DNA from: Deltaproteobacteria bacterium | GTDB lineage: Bacteria; Myxococcota_A; Polyangia; Fen-1088 | Assembly (NCBI GenBank): GCA_033763315.1 | Contig: JANRKS010000002.1 | Span: 192,001 to 256,000 of the forward strand | Direction of reading: 5' to 3' | DNA: 64,000 nucleotides | Shown here: piece by piece, positions 10,240 to 18,973 of the stretch | How positions within the stretch are numbered: the stretch's first letter is position 1 | Layout of the letters: every line of letters starts with the position of its first letter | The notes under the pieces: generated by a model | What the model was told of the DNA's origin: nothing | What the model saw: only the letters and a program-made list of their open reading frames with translations | The model's database searches: none | Made by a program: the position numbers and the translations under genes

Positions 10240-11184
10240 ATGGATCGACTGCACGAGATCGAGGTTTTCATCGCGGCGGCGGAGACGGGCAGCTTCGCGA
10301 AAGCAGGCGCGCGATTGCGGCTCTCCCCGCCGGCCGTCACACGGGCCATCTCGGCGCTCGAGGACCGCCTCGGTGGGCGGGTCTTCAACCGGACGACCCG
10401 CAGCCTGTCGATCACCGACGTGGGCCGGCGCTTCCTGGAAAGCGCGCGTCGCGTCCTCTCCGAGCTCGACACCGCCGAACGGGAGGCGGTCGGCGAAACC
10501 ACCGCACCGCAGGGCCACCTCACCATAACAGCCTCGGTGACCTTCGGGCGATGCGCCCTGACACCGGTGGTCGGCGCCTTTCTCGAGCAACACCCGCGTG
10601 TGTCGGCGGCCGTGCTCCTGCTCGATCGAGTCGTGAACCTCGTCGAAGAAGGGGTCGACGTGGCCGTGCGAATCGGGCCGCTGCCGGACTCGAGTCTGGT
10701 CGCGAAGCGAGTCGGCGCCGTCCACAGGGTGCTGGTGGCGAGTCCTGTCTATCTTGCCCAGCGCGGTGTTCCCGCACTTCCCTCCGATCTCCGCAGCCAC
10801 AAAATGATCGCCTTCACGGGCCTCATGCCAAGTCGCGAATGGCGGTTCCGGAGCGGTTCCAGGCAGGTGAGCGTGAGCCTGAGCCCCACTTTCGAGATCA
10901 ACGACGCAGCGGCGGCCATTCAGGCAGCCGAGCTCGGGCACGGGATCACCATCGCTCTGTCGTACATGGTGAACGAACAGATTCGCGGCGGAAGCTTGGT
11001 GTCGGTGCTCGACGCCAACATGTCGCCGCCCCAGCCGGTGCACCTCGTCTATCCTCATGCCCGGCTCGTGGCGCCCAAGGTTCGAGCCTTCGTCGATTTC
11101 GCGGCGCCGCGGTTGAAGGCCACCCTCGATCGGCTGGCATGGGGCAATCCGGGCAGTGAAGTGGCGGCAAGAGACGAGCCTTGA
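10240..11184 (+). CDS. LysR family regulator (CrgA-like), divergent from the AhpD operon
   Basis: N-terminal HTH (GSFAKAG...FNRTTRSLS); LDRVVNLVEEGVDVAVRIG. Confidence 0.92.
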   Translation: MDRLHEIEVFIAAAETGSFAKAGARLRLSPPAVTRAISALEDRLGGRVFNRTTRSLSITDVGRRFLESARRVLSELDTAEREAVGETTAPQGHLTITASVTFGRCALTPVVGAFLEQHPRVSAAVLLLDRVVNLVEEGVDVAVRIGPLPDSSLVAKRVGAVHRVLVASPVYLAQRGVPALPSDLRSHKMIAFTGLMPSREWRFRSGSRQVSVSLSPTFEINDAAAAIQAAELGHGITIALSYMVNEQIRGGSLVSVLDANMSPPQPVHLVYPHARLVAPKVRAFVDFAAPRLKATLDRLAWGNPGSEVAARDEP

Positions 11185-11244
11185 TGCTTGCGGCAGGCAG
11201 AGACATCTCGCCAGGAGGCCAAGCGGGGGGCCGTCGCGATGGAG

Positions 11245-13806
11245 TCAGTCAAGCGTGCCTTCGGTTGAAGCACCACAGCCCCGACGGAACCATCGCCGCC
11301 CACCCATCAGGTAGGCTGGTAAGGCGAGAAGGCAGGCGGTCGCGTTGCAGATGAGCCCGACGAGCGCGATGCGTCCGATTGAAGAGAGGCCGCTGTGGTT
11401 GGCCAAAGCAAGGCTGCCGAAGCCGATCGCCGAGGTGGCGAGCGCCGCGACGATCGCCCGCGATGCGTCGCTCAGCGCCACGGTGCTGCCGCCCGAGCGC
11501 ACGAACGTGGTGACAAGGTGTACCCCGCCATCGACCCCAATGCCGAACAGTAGTGGGATGACGATGATGTTGACGGTGTTGATGCGCCACCCGACGAGAG
11601 TCAGAGTGCCGAGCGCCGTCACGATGGTGAGCAGGGCCGGTACCAGTGCCACGATCGCCGCCCGGAATCCTCCGACCAGCACCCACAGCGTGGCCGATAC
11701 GAGGACCACCGTGAACGTCGAGAGGAGTGGGATCTCGTCGGCCACCAGGCTGAATACGTCCGCCATGATAAGGGGCTCGCCCGCCGCTGAGATCCTGTCA
11801 CCATTGGCGAGATCGAGGCCGCGCACCTCTTTGGCGACGTTCACCACCTTCCGCCCATCGGCAAGGTCGACTGCTGCGAACAGCAAGACGAAGCGTTCGT
11901 TGGCGTTGCGCGAGGAGAACTGGCGCGTCACCTCGATGGGCAGGTCGGATTCCGTGAACGGTTCGGCGCGGACTGCCGCGGTCAGCCACTCGACCCGTCC
12001 TGCCTCGCCATCATGGAGGTCCCGGACGTCTAATGGCGCAAGGAGTGTTGATATTCGCGCCAAGACTGCGCGTTTTTCAGCCTGCTCTGTCGGCACGAAG
12101 TCGGAGCGGGCCATGACGAGATCAATCGTGGATTCCGCACGACGCAAGCGCTGTCGCCGGCGGAACGCCTCGGCTGCGCGACGCTCATCTTCCGCGTCCC
12201 GCGCGAGGTAGACAAGTGGGGTCATCTGGTATCCGCGCAGTCGATCGAAAACCGGATCGAGACGGAACGAAGCCAAGTCACTCTCGGCGAGCGAGCGCGT
12301 ATCATAGTCGAACCGACTACAGGTCGCCGCGAACGCCAACGTGACGGAGGCTAGCGCCGCGGCCAGCAGGACGCCGCGGCGGTGACGGCCGATGCGGTCC
12401 ATGAGCCAGGTTGAACCCACCGAAGCCGGGGGCGTGATCCGCCTGGGCGATACAAGGGCGAGCAGCGCCGGAAGGACGGTTGAATAGGACAACAAGATGA
12501 ACGTCGTCCCCGCCATCGCGAGGATCCCGAACTCATGGAAAGCGCGAAAGCGCGACAGGGCGAGGGCCCCGAAGGCAATCGCGGTGGTCGTCGCGGCCAG
12601 CCAAACCGCTCTTCCCGTAGTGCCGAAGGTGCGCGCGAGTGCGACATTCAGATCAGCACGCGCGAGCTCGGTCTGCATACGACCGAGTAGGTGAATCCCA
12701 TGGTCGATGCCGAGCCCCAGCAGCACGGCGCCGATGAACGCGGTGAGGACGTTCAGCGAACCCATCGTCAGAGCGGCGAACCCATAGGTAGCCATGAGAC
12801 CCACCGCTAAGGGGAAGAACAGGAAGAAGACCGCGGCGATGCTGCGGAAGTGGAGATAGAGGCAAACGAGGATGGCCAGCGCGGCGACGAAGGTGATGCG
12901 GCCAAGGTCGCGCGTGATGAGGTCCTGCTGGTCGATGCGCTTGACGAACGGTCCCCCATATTCGATGGAAAGTCCGGAGCCATAACGGCGGAGATCCATG
13001 GCGTCGATCACCCCCCTGACCGACTCGACGAGCCGCGCGGCAGAGCGCAGGTCAGAGCCGATGTTGCCTGGCTTCACGAACAAGGCAATCTCACGCCTCT
13101 GCTCGTCGAGGAAATGGAGGCTCGTGCGGCCGGCCTGCGAGAGCTGCGGGAGGCGGTCTAGCGCCGCACCCGCCAGGTCGATGGGTGGCGGTGGGGTACC
13201 GGCCAAGTCCACGAAGAGAGGGTTCCGGCGGCGTTTTTCCCACCCGATCCGGTCGGCAATTCGTTGTTCCAGCGCCTCGAGAGCGGATAGGTCCAAAAAA
13301 TACAGGGCATGCCGCTCGAAGAAGTCTCGCGGCCGCCGCCACTCTACGAAGCGGACTCCCTCGAGGCGCTCCAATCGGTTGGCTGCCTCGGCGGCGAATG
13401 CCTGCAGGCGATCGGGCGCGATGCCGCGGGCGAGCACTGCGATCGTCCCGAAGCCGCCGAAGGACTGTTGGATGCGACGCAGATCCCTGACGCTCTCGAA
13501 ATCGTCCGGAAGGAGCTCCGAAAGGTCCGCGCTCATCGACAGCCGGCGGGTCGCCCAGACTGAGCCGAGCGCGATCGCCAGCGCGACCGGGAGCACCACC
13601 GCCACACCGCCATGGCACGCCAGGGCGGTGCGAGAAAGCAGACGCTCGAGCCTGGCCGCCACGGCGGGGCGTTTCGCGGAGGGATGACGCACGCTCAGGT
13701 TCTGTCTCGGCGCGTGCGTGTCCGTTACGCCGAAGCAGGCGGATGATCGTAACCGGCAGACCGTCCCGGCATCTGAGGCGCTCACCTGTTTTACCAACCT
13801 CGACAA
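11245..13806 (-). CDS. MMPL/RND family transporter (true start probably downstream of 13806)
   Basis: Two TM bundles with GLGIDHGIH and GIGVDGGVH motifs. Confidence 0.85.
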   Translation of the reverse strand: MSRLVKQVSASDAGTVCRLRSSACFGVTDTHAPRQNLSVRHPSAKRPAVAARLERLLSRTALACHGGVAVVLPVALAIALGSVWATRRLSMSADLSELLPDDFESVRDLRRIQQSFGGFGTIAVLARGIAPDRLQAFAAEAANRLERLEGVRFVEWRRPRDFFERHALYFLDLSALEALEQRIADRIGWEKRRRNPLFVDLAGTPPPPIDLAGAALDRLPQLSQAGRTSLHFLDEQRREIALFVKPGNIGSDLRSAARLVESVRGVIDAMDLRRYGSGLSIEYGGPFVKRIDQQDLITRDLGRITFVAALAILVCLYLHFRSIAAVFFLFFPLAVGLMATYGFAALTMGSLNVLTAFIGAVLLGLGIDHGIHLLGRMQTELARADLNVALARTFGTTGRAVWLAATTTAIAFGALALSRFRAFHEFGILAMAGTTFILLSYSTVLPALLALVSPRRITPPASVGSTWLMDRIGRHRRGVLLAAALASVTLAFAATCSRFDYDTRSLAESDLASFRLDPVFDRLRGYQMTPLVYLARDAEDERRAAEAFRRRQRLRRAESTIDLVMARSDFVPTEQAEKRAVLARISTLLAPLDVRDLHDGEAGRVEWLTAAVRAEPFTESDLPIEVTRQFSSRNANERFVLLFAAVDLADGRKVVNVAKEVRGLDLANGDRISAAGEPLIMADVFSLVADEIPLLSTFTVVLVSATLWVLVGGFRAAIVALVPALLTIVTALGTLTLVGWRINTVNIIVIPLLFGIGVDGGVHLVTTFVRSGGSTVALSDASRAIVAALATSAIGFGSLALANHSGLSSIGRIALVGLICNATACLLALPAYLMGGRRWFRRGCGASTEGTLD

Positions 13807-13816
13807 GGAGCCCTAC

Positions 13817-14311
13817 ATGCAACACTCAACTCTTCGAACGATTTGCCCGGACCGTGCAATGGTCCCGATCTTCTGGTTCGTCATCGGCGTCTTCGCGAGC
13901 TGTAGCACCTCCGGTGGATCTCGCGCTGGTGAACCTCATGCCAGCGAACAACGGCAGACTCGCGGCGACAAGCGTTGGGACGACATGAGCCACGAGGAGC
14001 GCATGGAGGTCATGAAGGCCGAGGTCATGCCGCGCGCCAAGGAGCTCTTTGCCGCGCTCGATCCCGCTGAATACGCTGACGCAGACTGCACCCTTTGCCA
14101 CGGCGCTGGCGCCAAGGAGGGAAAGTTCGCGATGCCCTCGTCGGAGCCGCCGAGCTTCAAGATGACGATGTTCGAGGACAAGCCGGAGATCTCGGCTTTC
14201 ATGAAAGACAAGCTCGTGCCCTTGCTCGCCCACGCCACCGGCAAGCAGCCCTTCGACCCCGCGACCGGTGAGGGCGATGTCAAGTGTGTGAGCTGCCATC
14301 CCATGGAGTGA
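13817..14311 (+). CDS. Small diheme c-type cytochrome lipoprotein
   Basis: RBS AAGGAG; lipobox FASC; two CxxCH motifs (CTLCH, CVSCH). Confidence 0.7.
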   Translation: MQHSTLRTICPDRAMVPIFWFVIGVFASCSTSGGSRAGEPHASEQRQTRGDKRWDDMSHEERMEVMKAEVMPRAKELFAALDPAEYADADCTLCHGAGAKEGKFAMPSSEPPSFKMTMFEDKPEISAFMKDKLVPLLAHATGKQPFDPATGEGDVKCVSCHPME

Positions 14312-14360
14312 CCGGAACGGCACGCGCGGGGCGGCCCCGGTACTCGGGCCGCCTCGCGTT

Positions 14361-15215
14361 TCAGTCTCCGTTCAGCGACCAGTCGTAGTCGAGGTGCTTC
14401 AGGCGTGTCTTGCTTGGCGTGATGCCGGCGGCCTGGTCGGGCGGGAGGTAACGCTTGACGAACGCGGTCACCGACCCCGCTGACTTTTCGAAGTCGGTCT
14501 GGAACCAATCGAAGATGGCCGAGACGAAGAGAGTATCGCTGGTCCCGTCGTAGCGATTCTTGCCGGTGTCCGCGAGAAATCGGCGGGCCGCGTCGTCGAG
14601 TTGCGCGTGCAGTCGCCTGGCGACGTAAGCCTCCGGGCGTAGCTCCGGACAGCTCGTCGAGGCACACACGATGGCGAAGTGGATGCGGGGATCGCGGAAC
14701 TTCTTGCGCAGAACTTCGTGCTCGATGTGGTTGAGAGAGATCTCGCCGTCAGCCAGCGCCGGGAGCGTGATGAAGTCTTCGCGAAACGCCGCACCCGGGA
14801 GCAGCCCGATGGACTTGATGCTCTTGAGCGGATAGTGATCGAGCACGAGCTTGACGGTGGCGGCGTTGTAGGCATTGATGAGGAACGCCATGCGCTGCTC
14901 GTTCGACCAGCTCATGTACTCAGGACGCCCTACCGCCGCGAGCGCGTGTAGGTAGGCGTCCAACTCGCTGCGCGCCGCCTGTTTGAGTCGGCCGTAGGCC
15001 ACCCGGCCGCGCTTCACATAGGTGTTGAGTAGCGCGTCCCAGGCTTTGTGGTCGTGATCGAACGGGGAGGCCGCGTTCGCGGGCTTGCCACCGCCTCGGC
15101 TGCACGCGGCGAAGAGGCCCGTCAGGATAAGGCGCAGCGCCCGGCGACGCCTCATGAACGAGGGGGACGCAGGCTCGGCGGGATCCGGGAGGTCGGTGGG
15201 TTGATTGCGCGTCAT
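14361..15215 (-). CDS. DUF547 domain lipoprotein
   Basis: AFLINAYNA, IEHEVLR, DPRIHFAIVCASTSCPEL and IFDWF...DF motifs. Confidence 0.88.
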   Translation of the reverse strand: MTRNQPTDLPDPAEPASPSFMRRRRALRLILTGLFAACSRGGGKPANAASPFDHDHKAWDALLNTYVKRGRVAYGRLKQAARSELDAYLHALAAVGRPEYMSWSNEQRMAFLINAYNAATVKLVLDHYPLKSIKSIGLLPGAAFREDFITLPALADGEISLNHIEHEVLRKKFRDPRIHFAIVCASTSCPELRPEAYVARRLHAQLDDAARRFLADTGKNRYDGTSDTLFVSAIFDWFQTDFEKSAGSVTAFVKRYLPPDQAAGITPSKTRLKHLDYDWSLNGD

Positions 15216-15362
15216 CGACCTCTTAGTTCGCCTCGCCGGCAAAACGTTACAAGCGGCGCTCACGCGACGCTGGACACGCATTACGCGTAACGAAACGTGG
15301 TGTGGATAGACCAAGGCGGCAGGCGGGGACAAGAGCAGATGGCCCGCAGTGGAGGACACGGA

Positions 15363-16067
15363 ATGGCATTACCTCGACCCAGCACCCCCTTCCTGTCCTT
15401 GCGCTTCGATGCCCCGCCTTGGCCGCGGGTGTATCTGGGGTGGCTCGCGTTGCTGGCGTTGTCGCTCGGCTCTTGTGGGAGCGCTGTGGACGCACCGATT
15501 CAGCAGACCACGGATGCCGGCGGGGTGGGGGACGCGCCGCCGCTCGCGGCGGGCGCCTGTGAGACGGGACCTGCGCCGGTCGATTGGTCGTACCCTGCGG
15601 GGCCCTACAGTCAAGATGGACGCATCGGGGAGATCTTCGAAGACTTCACGCTGGAAGACTGTGACGGTCGGTCCGTGCGTTTCGGCGACATCCTCGCGGG
15701 CGCCCAGCTGGTCCTCTTCAATGTCGGCGCCGGGTGGTGTCAACCGTGCATCGAGGAGACAGAGGAGATCGAGGCCAAGGTCAACCAGCCACTTTGCCCC
15801 GCGGGGTTGAGGGTCGTGCAAGTCCTGTTTCAGGACGAGGAGTCCCTGCCTGCCACGAAGTTCTTCTGTCGCCAGTGGCGAGAAAAGTTTGGCCTCACCT
15901 TTCCCGTGCTCGTCGACCCGCTGTTCAAGATGGAGCGCTATTTCGAAGCGGCCCAGACGCCCCTCAACCTTGGGATTGACCGCCTAGGGGTGATTCGGCT
16001 GCGAACGGTCGGGTTCCCGCCCAAAGACCTGCCTGAACAACTCGGCGCGCTCTTGACGCGGCCATGA
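15363..16067 (+). CDS. TlpA/redoxin-like thioredoxin-fold lipoprotein
   Basis: Lipobox LGSC; AGWCQPC active site; FGLTFPVLVD; cis-Pro loop QTP. Confidence 0.82.
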   Translation: MALPRPSTPFLSLRFDAPPWPRVYLGWLALLALSLGSCGSAVDAPIQQTTDAGGVGDAPPLAAGACETGPAPVDWSYPAGPYSQDGRIGEIFEDFTLEDCDGRSVRFGDILAGAQLVLFNVGAGWCQPCIEETEEIEAKVNQPLCPAGLRVVQVLFQDEESLPATKFFCRQWREKFGLTFPVLVDPLFKMERYFEAAQTPLNLGIDRLGVIRLRTVGFPPKDLPEQLGALLTRP

Positions 16068-18007
16068 GCCCCATCACGGTTTACGTCTTCTTCGCGACCT
16101 GGTGCGTGCCGTGTCGCCAGGAGATGCCGCACGTGGCGGACCTGGCGCGCGAGTATCGGGACCGCGGGGTGCGGTTCGTGCTGGTGTCCGAGGACGCTCC
16201 TTCGACGGCGCCGCAGCTCCCCGCTTTTCTCGCCCGCTTCGGAGTCGAGGGCGAGCTGGTGTTGGACGAGGATTCGAGTTTGCTCGAGAAGTACAACCCG
16301 GCGGCGAATATCCCCTTCACGGCCATCGTGAACAGCCGGGGGCAGGTCCTCTACTCTCGGGCCGGCTACGAGCCGGGCGACGAGAACCGTCTTCGCGAAT
16401 TCTTGAACGAACAGCTCGCGGCCCGACCGCCTCCCGCAGCGGACTCGGTCCTCCCGCGCCCCCCGAACGAGGCGGCCAAGACTCTCCCAGCCAGATCCGC
16501 GCTGCGACTGGCAGAACCAGCGATGCCACCGGCGCCGGGGGCAGTGGCCTCGATCTACAGCACGACCATGGGTGTGCGGCGAAACACGAGCTTTCGCGAC
16601 ACCGAATCGAGCCCCAGCGAGGCCAACGTGCTCACCGAGCGCATCGAAGGGGCCGTCACTGCGGGGCGGTTCGCCCTGGCGGCGCGGGTCGATGCGGCCG
16701 TGCTCGAAAGGACCCTGGCCGCAGACCGCGACGCGCGTCTCGAGAAACTTCGCGCGGCGATGTCGTGGTGGCGCCTTCGTCTGTCGGCGGGTGACGAGTA
16801 TGCGAAGTTCGGCAACGGTCTCGTGCTGTCGGTTCGGCGCATCGATCTCCTGGGCCAGGACACGACGGTGCGCGGCGGTCGACTCGAGTATGTCGGCGAC
16901 CGTCTGGACGCCACGGCGCTCGCCGGGGTATTCAATCCTCAGAACGTCGATACCATCGACTTCAAGCAGGTGGATGATGCCGGGGATCTGGTGGCCGCGG
17001 CCCAGCTTCGCGAGCGCGCCGGTGGCCTGCTCCTTGGTCAGACGTTGGTCGGGTCACGCATCACGGGCGGCAGCGTGACCGGGGCCGACGTGGACCTCAT
17101 GATGGTGGGGCTGTCGGCTGAGGGAAAGTCGGCGCAGACCTGGGGCATGGTCGACGCCGCGCTCGAGATCGTCGGCCTCACGCGCCGCGGTTTCGCGGCG
17201 GCCGGCGCGCGCGAGAATGGGCACGGTGCTTACGGGCGGATCTCGGTGGCCGGGCACACGACCGTGATGTTGCTCGAGGGTAAGTTGTATCGCCGCATGT
17301 CGTTCCCGGGGTCGCGCGCCAACCTCTTGTACCACGAACCTCCTACGCTGGAGCGAGACGATCAAGAGCTGTCGGGTAACGCAGATTCCGCGGGTTTCCG
17401 CCTGCGTCTCGATCACCGCGTTCACCCGCGCGCGACCATCTTCTGGAACGGCGTCGCGTATCGGACGACGCTCGACGGAACAGACCCCTTGCAGGGTGGC
17501 GTGGGCGGCGCCGCCCTCGACCGGGGACTGCTGTGGCACACCTACGTGGGCGCTGACACCTGGCATCCGTCCGGGTTCTCGGGCGCGCTGTCTGCTGGGG
17601 CGCGCCGTGAGAACGATGCTTCGGGCGCTCGTCGGCGGAGCAACTTTCAACTCAACGCCGATGCCGCCCAGAAGCTCGGTTCGTTCGCGCTGGTCGCCAA
17701 GTGGGATCATCGCTTCGACACGAAGGAGCTGGTGCTCGGGCCGAAGAGCTTCGTCCGCGGCACCGCTGTGCTGGGGTTGACCTGGCGCTCGTTCGTCACC
17801 CTGTCGGGCCTTTACGGCTATTCTACCGAGGCGGCGCGAAATCCCACCCACTATCCCGGCGCCGAGGTCCGCGTCATCTTCGCGCCGCACGTCGACTTGC
17901 GGTTGTTCGCCGGTCGTCTCGTCGGAGGGCGAGTGTGTGTAAGCGGCGCTTGCCGGGACGTGCTGCCCTTCGAGGGCGCGCGTCTCGACCTGCAGATGAG
18001 GTACTGA
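16064..18007 (+). CDS. TlpA-like thioredoxin domain fused to a DUF6029-like outer-membrane beta-barrel
   Basis: FFATWCVPC...NIPFT domain; Pro-rich linker; GDEYAKFGNGLVL motif; C-terminal GGRVCVSGACR...FEGARL. Confidence 0.65.
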   Translation: MSPITVYVFFATWCVPCRQEMPHVADLAREYRDRGVRFVLVSEDAPSTAPQLPAFLARFGVEGELVLDEDSSLLEKYNPAANIPFTAIVNSRGQVLYSRAGYEPGDENRLREFLNEQLAARPPPAADSVLPRPPNEAAKTLPARSALRLAEPAMPPAPGAVASIYSTTMGVRRNTSFRDTESSPSEANVLTERIEGAVTAGRFALAARVDAAVLERTLAADRDARLEKLRAAMSWWRLRLSAGDEYAKFGNGLVLSVRRIDLLGQDTTVRGGRLEYVGDRLDATALAGVFNPQNVDTIDFKQVDDAGDLVAAAQLRERAGGLLLGQTLVGSRITGGSVTGADVDLMMVGLSAEGKSAQTWGMVDAALEIVGLTRRGFAAAGARENGHGAYGRISVAGHTTVMLLEGKLYRRMSFPGSRANLLYHEPPTLERDDQELSGNADSAGFRLRLDHRVHPRATIFWNGVAYRTTLDGTDPLQGGVGGAALDRGLLWHTYVGADTWHPSGFSGALSAGARRENDASGARRRSNFQLNADAAQKLGSFALVAKWDHRFDTKELVLGPKSFVRGTAVLGLTWRSFVTLSGLYGYSTEAARNPTHYPGAEVRVIFAPHVDLRLFAGRLVGGRVCVSGACRDVLPFEGARLDLQMRY

Positions 18008-18058
18008 CATCGCCCTCTAGGCGTAACGATGTCGGCTCTTCCGCGACTACAGAGGACA

Positions 18059-18415
18059 ATGAGACGACGAGTTTTCATGATGGGGGCCCTGGTGCCACTC
18101 GCCGGGTCCGGCTGTGACTACGAGGAGGACGAAGACGAGGCGCCACCGTCCGATGACCCGGGTGCCGCCCGGTGTGCCGATTCGCCTCCCCGGGCTTCGA
18201 TTGGCACCAACCACGGTCACCGTTTGCAGATTCCGCGCGAGGATGTGGAGACCGCCCAGCCCAAGAGCTACGACATCCGCGGCTCGAGCGGGCACCCACA
18301 CACCGTGAACGTATCCGCCGCGGATTTCTCGGCTCTCTCCGGCGGGGGATCGATCTCGCTCACGTCCACCAACGACGCCGGGCACACGCACACGGTGACG
18401 TTGTCATGCGCCTGA
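18059..18415 (+). CDS. Small His-rich (metal-binding) lipoprotein
   Basis: RBS AGAGGA; MRRR...GSGC; NHGH, GHPH and GHTH motifs. Confidence 0.65.
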   Translation: MRRRVFMMGALVPLAGSGCDYEEDEDEAPPSDDPGAARCADSPPRASIGTNHGHRLQIPREDVETAQPKSYDIRGSSGHPHTVNVSAADFSALSGGGSISLTSTNDAGHTHTVTLSCA

Positions 18416-18466
18416 TGCACGGCCCGCATCCCGACGTCGCGAGGCTGACGCGCGGGGGGCTCTGAG

Positions 18467-18952
18467 ATGAATCTTCCCGACGACTTCAAGACTTTCTACG
18501 AGAGCTTCCCGACTCACCAGGCCTGCCGGCAGATCGAGGCCGATCAGGTCGTCGCCTTGGTCCAGTCCGGCAAGCGGGTCGTCTTCGTCGACGCTCGATC
18601 GCGAGACGAGCAAGCCGTGAGCGTCGTGCCAGGGGCCGTATGTGTGTCGCTCGAAAAGGACGCTTTCGAGGTGACCCAGGAAGACTGCGCACGCGCCCTG
18701 GCGCACGAAGCGATCAGAGAGGACCTGGAGGTGCTCGGCGCCGAGCACGTCGTCGTGTGTTATTGTACCGCCGGACTGCGAGGCGCCCTGTGCGCGATGG
18801 CTCTGGAAAACGTGAGCTCGGCGCAGGTTTTCAACCTCGCAGGGGGCATCATCGCGTGGCGAAATCAAGGGCTCCCCCTCGAGCGGGCGGGGCGCCCGGT
18901 GCGCGACGTGCATCCCTGCGTACCTAGTCTGGCGAAGTACCTGTCCGCCTGA
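18467..18952 (+). CDS. Rhodanese-like sulfurtransferase
   Basis: FVDARSRDE; CYCTAGLRG; NLAGGIIAW. Confidence 0.85.
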   Translation: MNLPDDFKTFYESFPTHQACRQIEADQVVALVQSGKRVVFVDARSRDEQAVSVVPGAVCVSLEKDAFEVTQEDCARALAHEAIREDLEVLGAEHVVVCYCTAGLRGALCAMALENVSSAQVFNLAGGIIAWRNQGLPLERAGRPVRDVHPCVPSLAKYLSA

Positions 18953-18973
18953 GTCATCTTCTCGTGCGATTTC

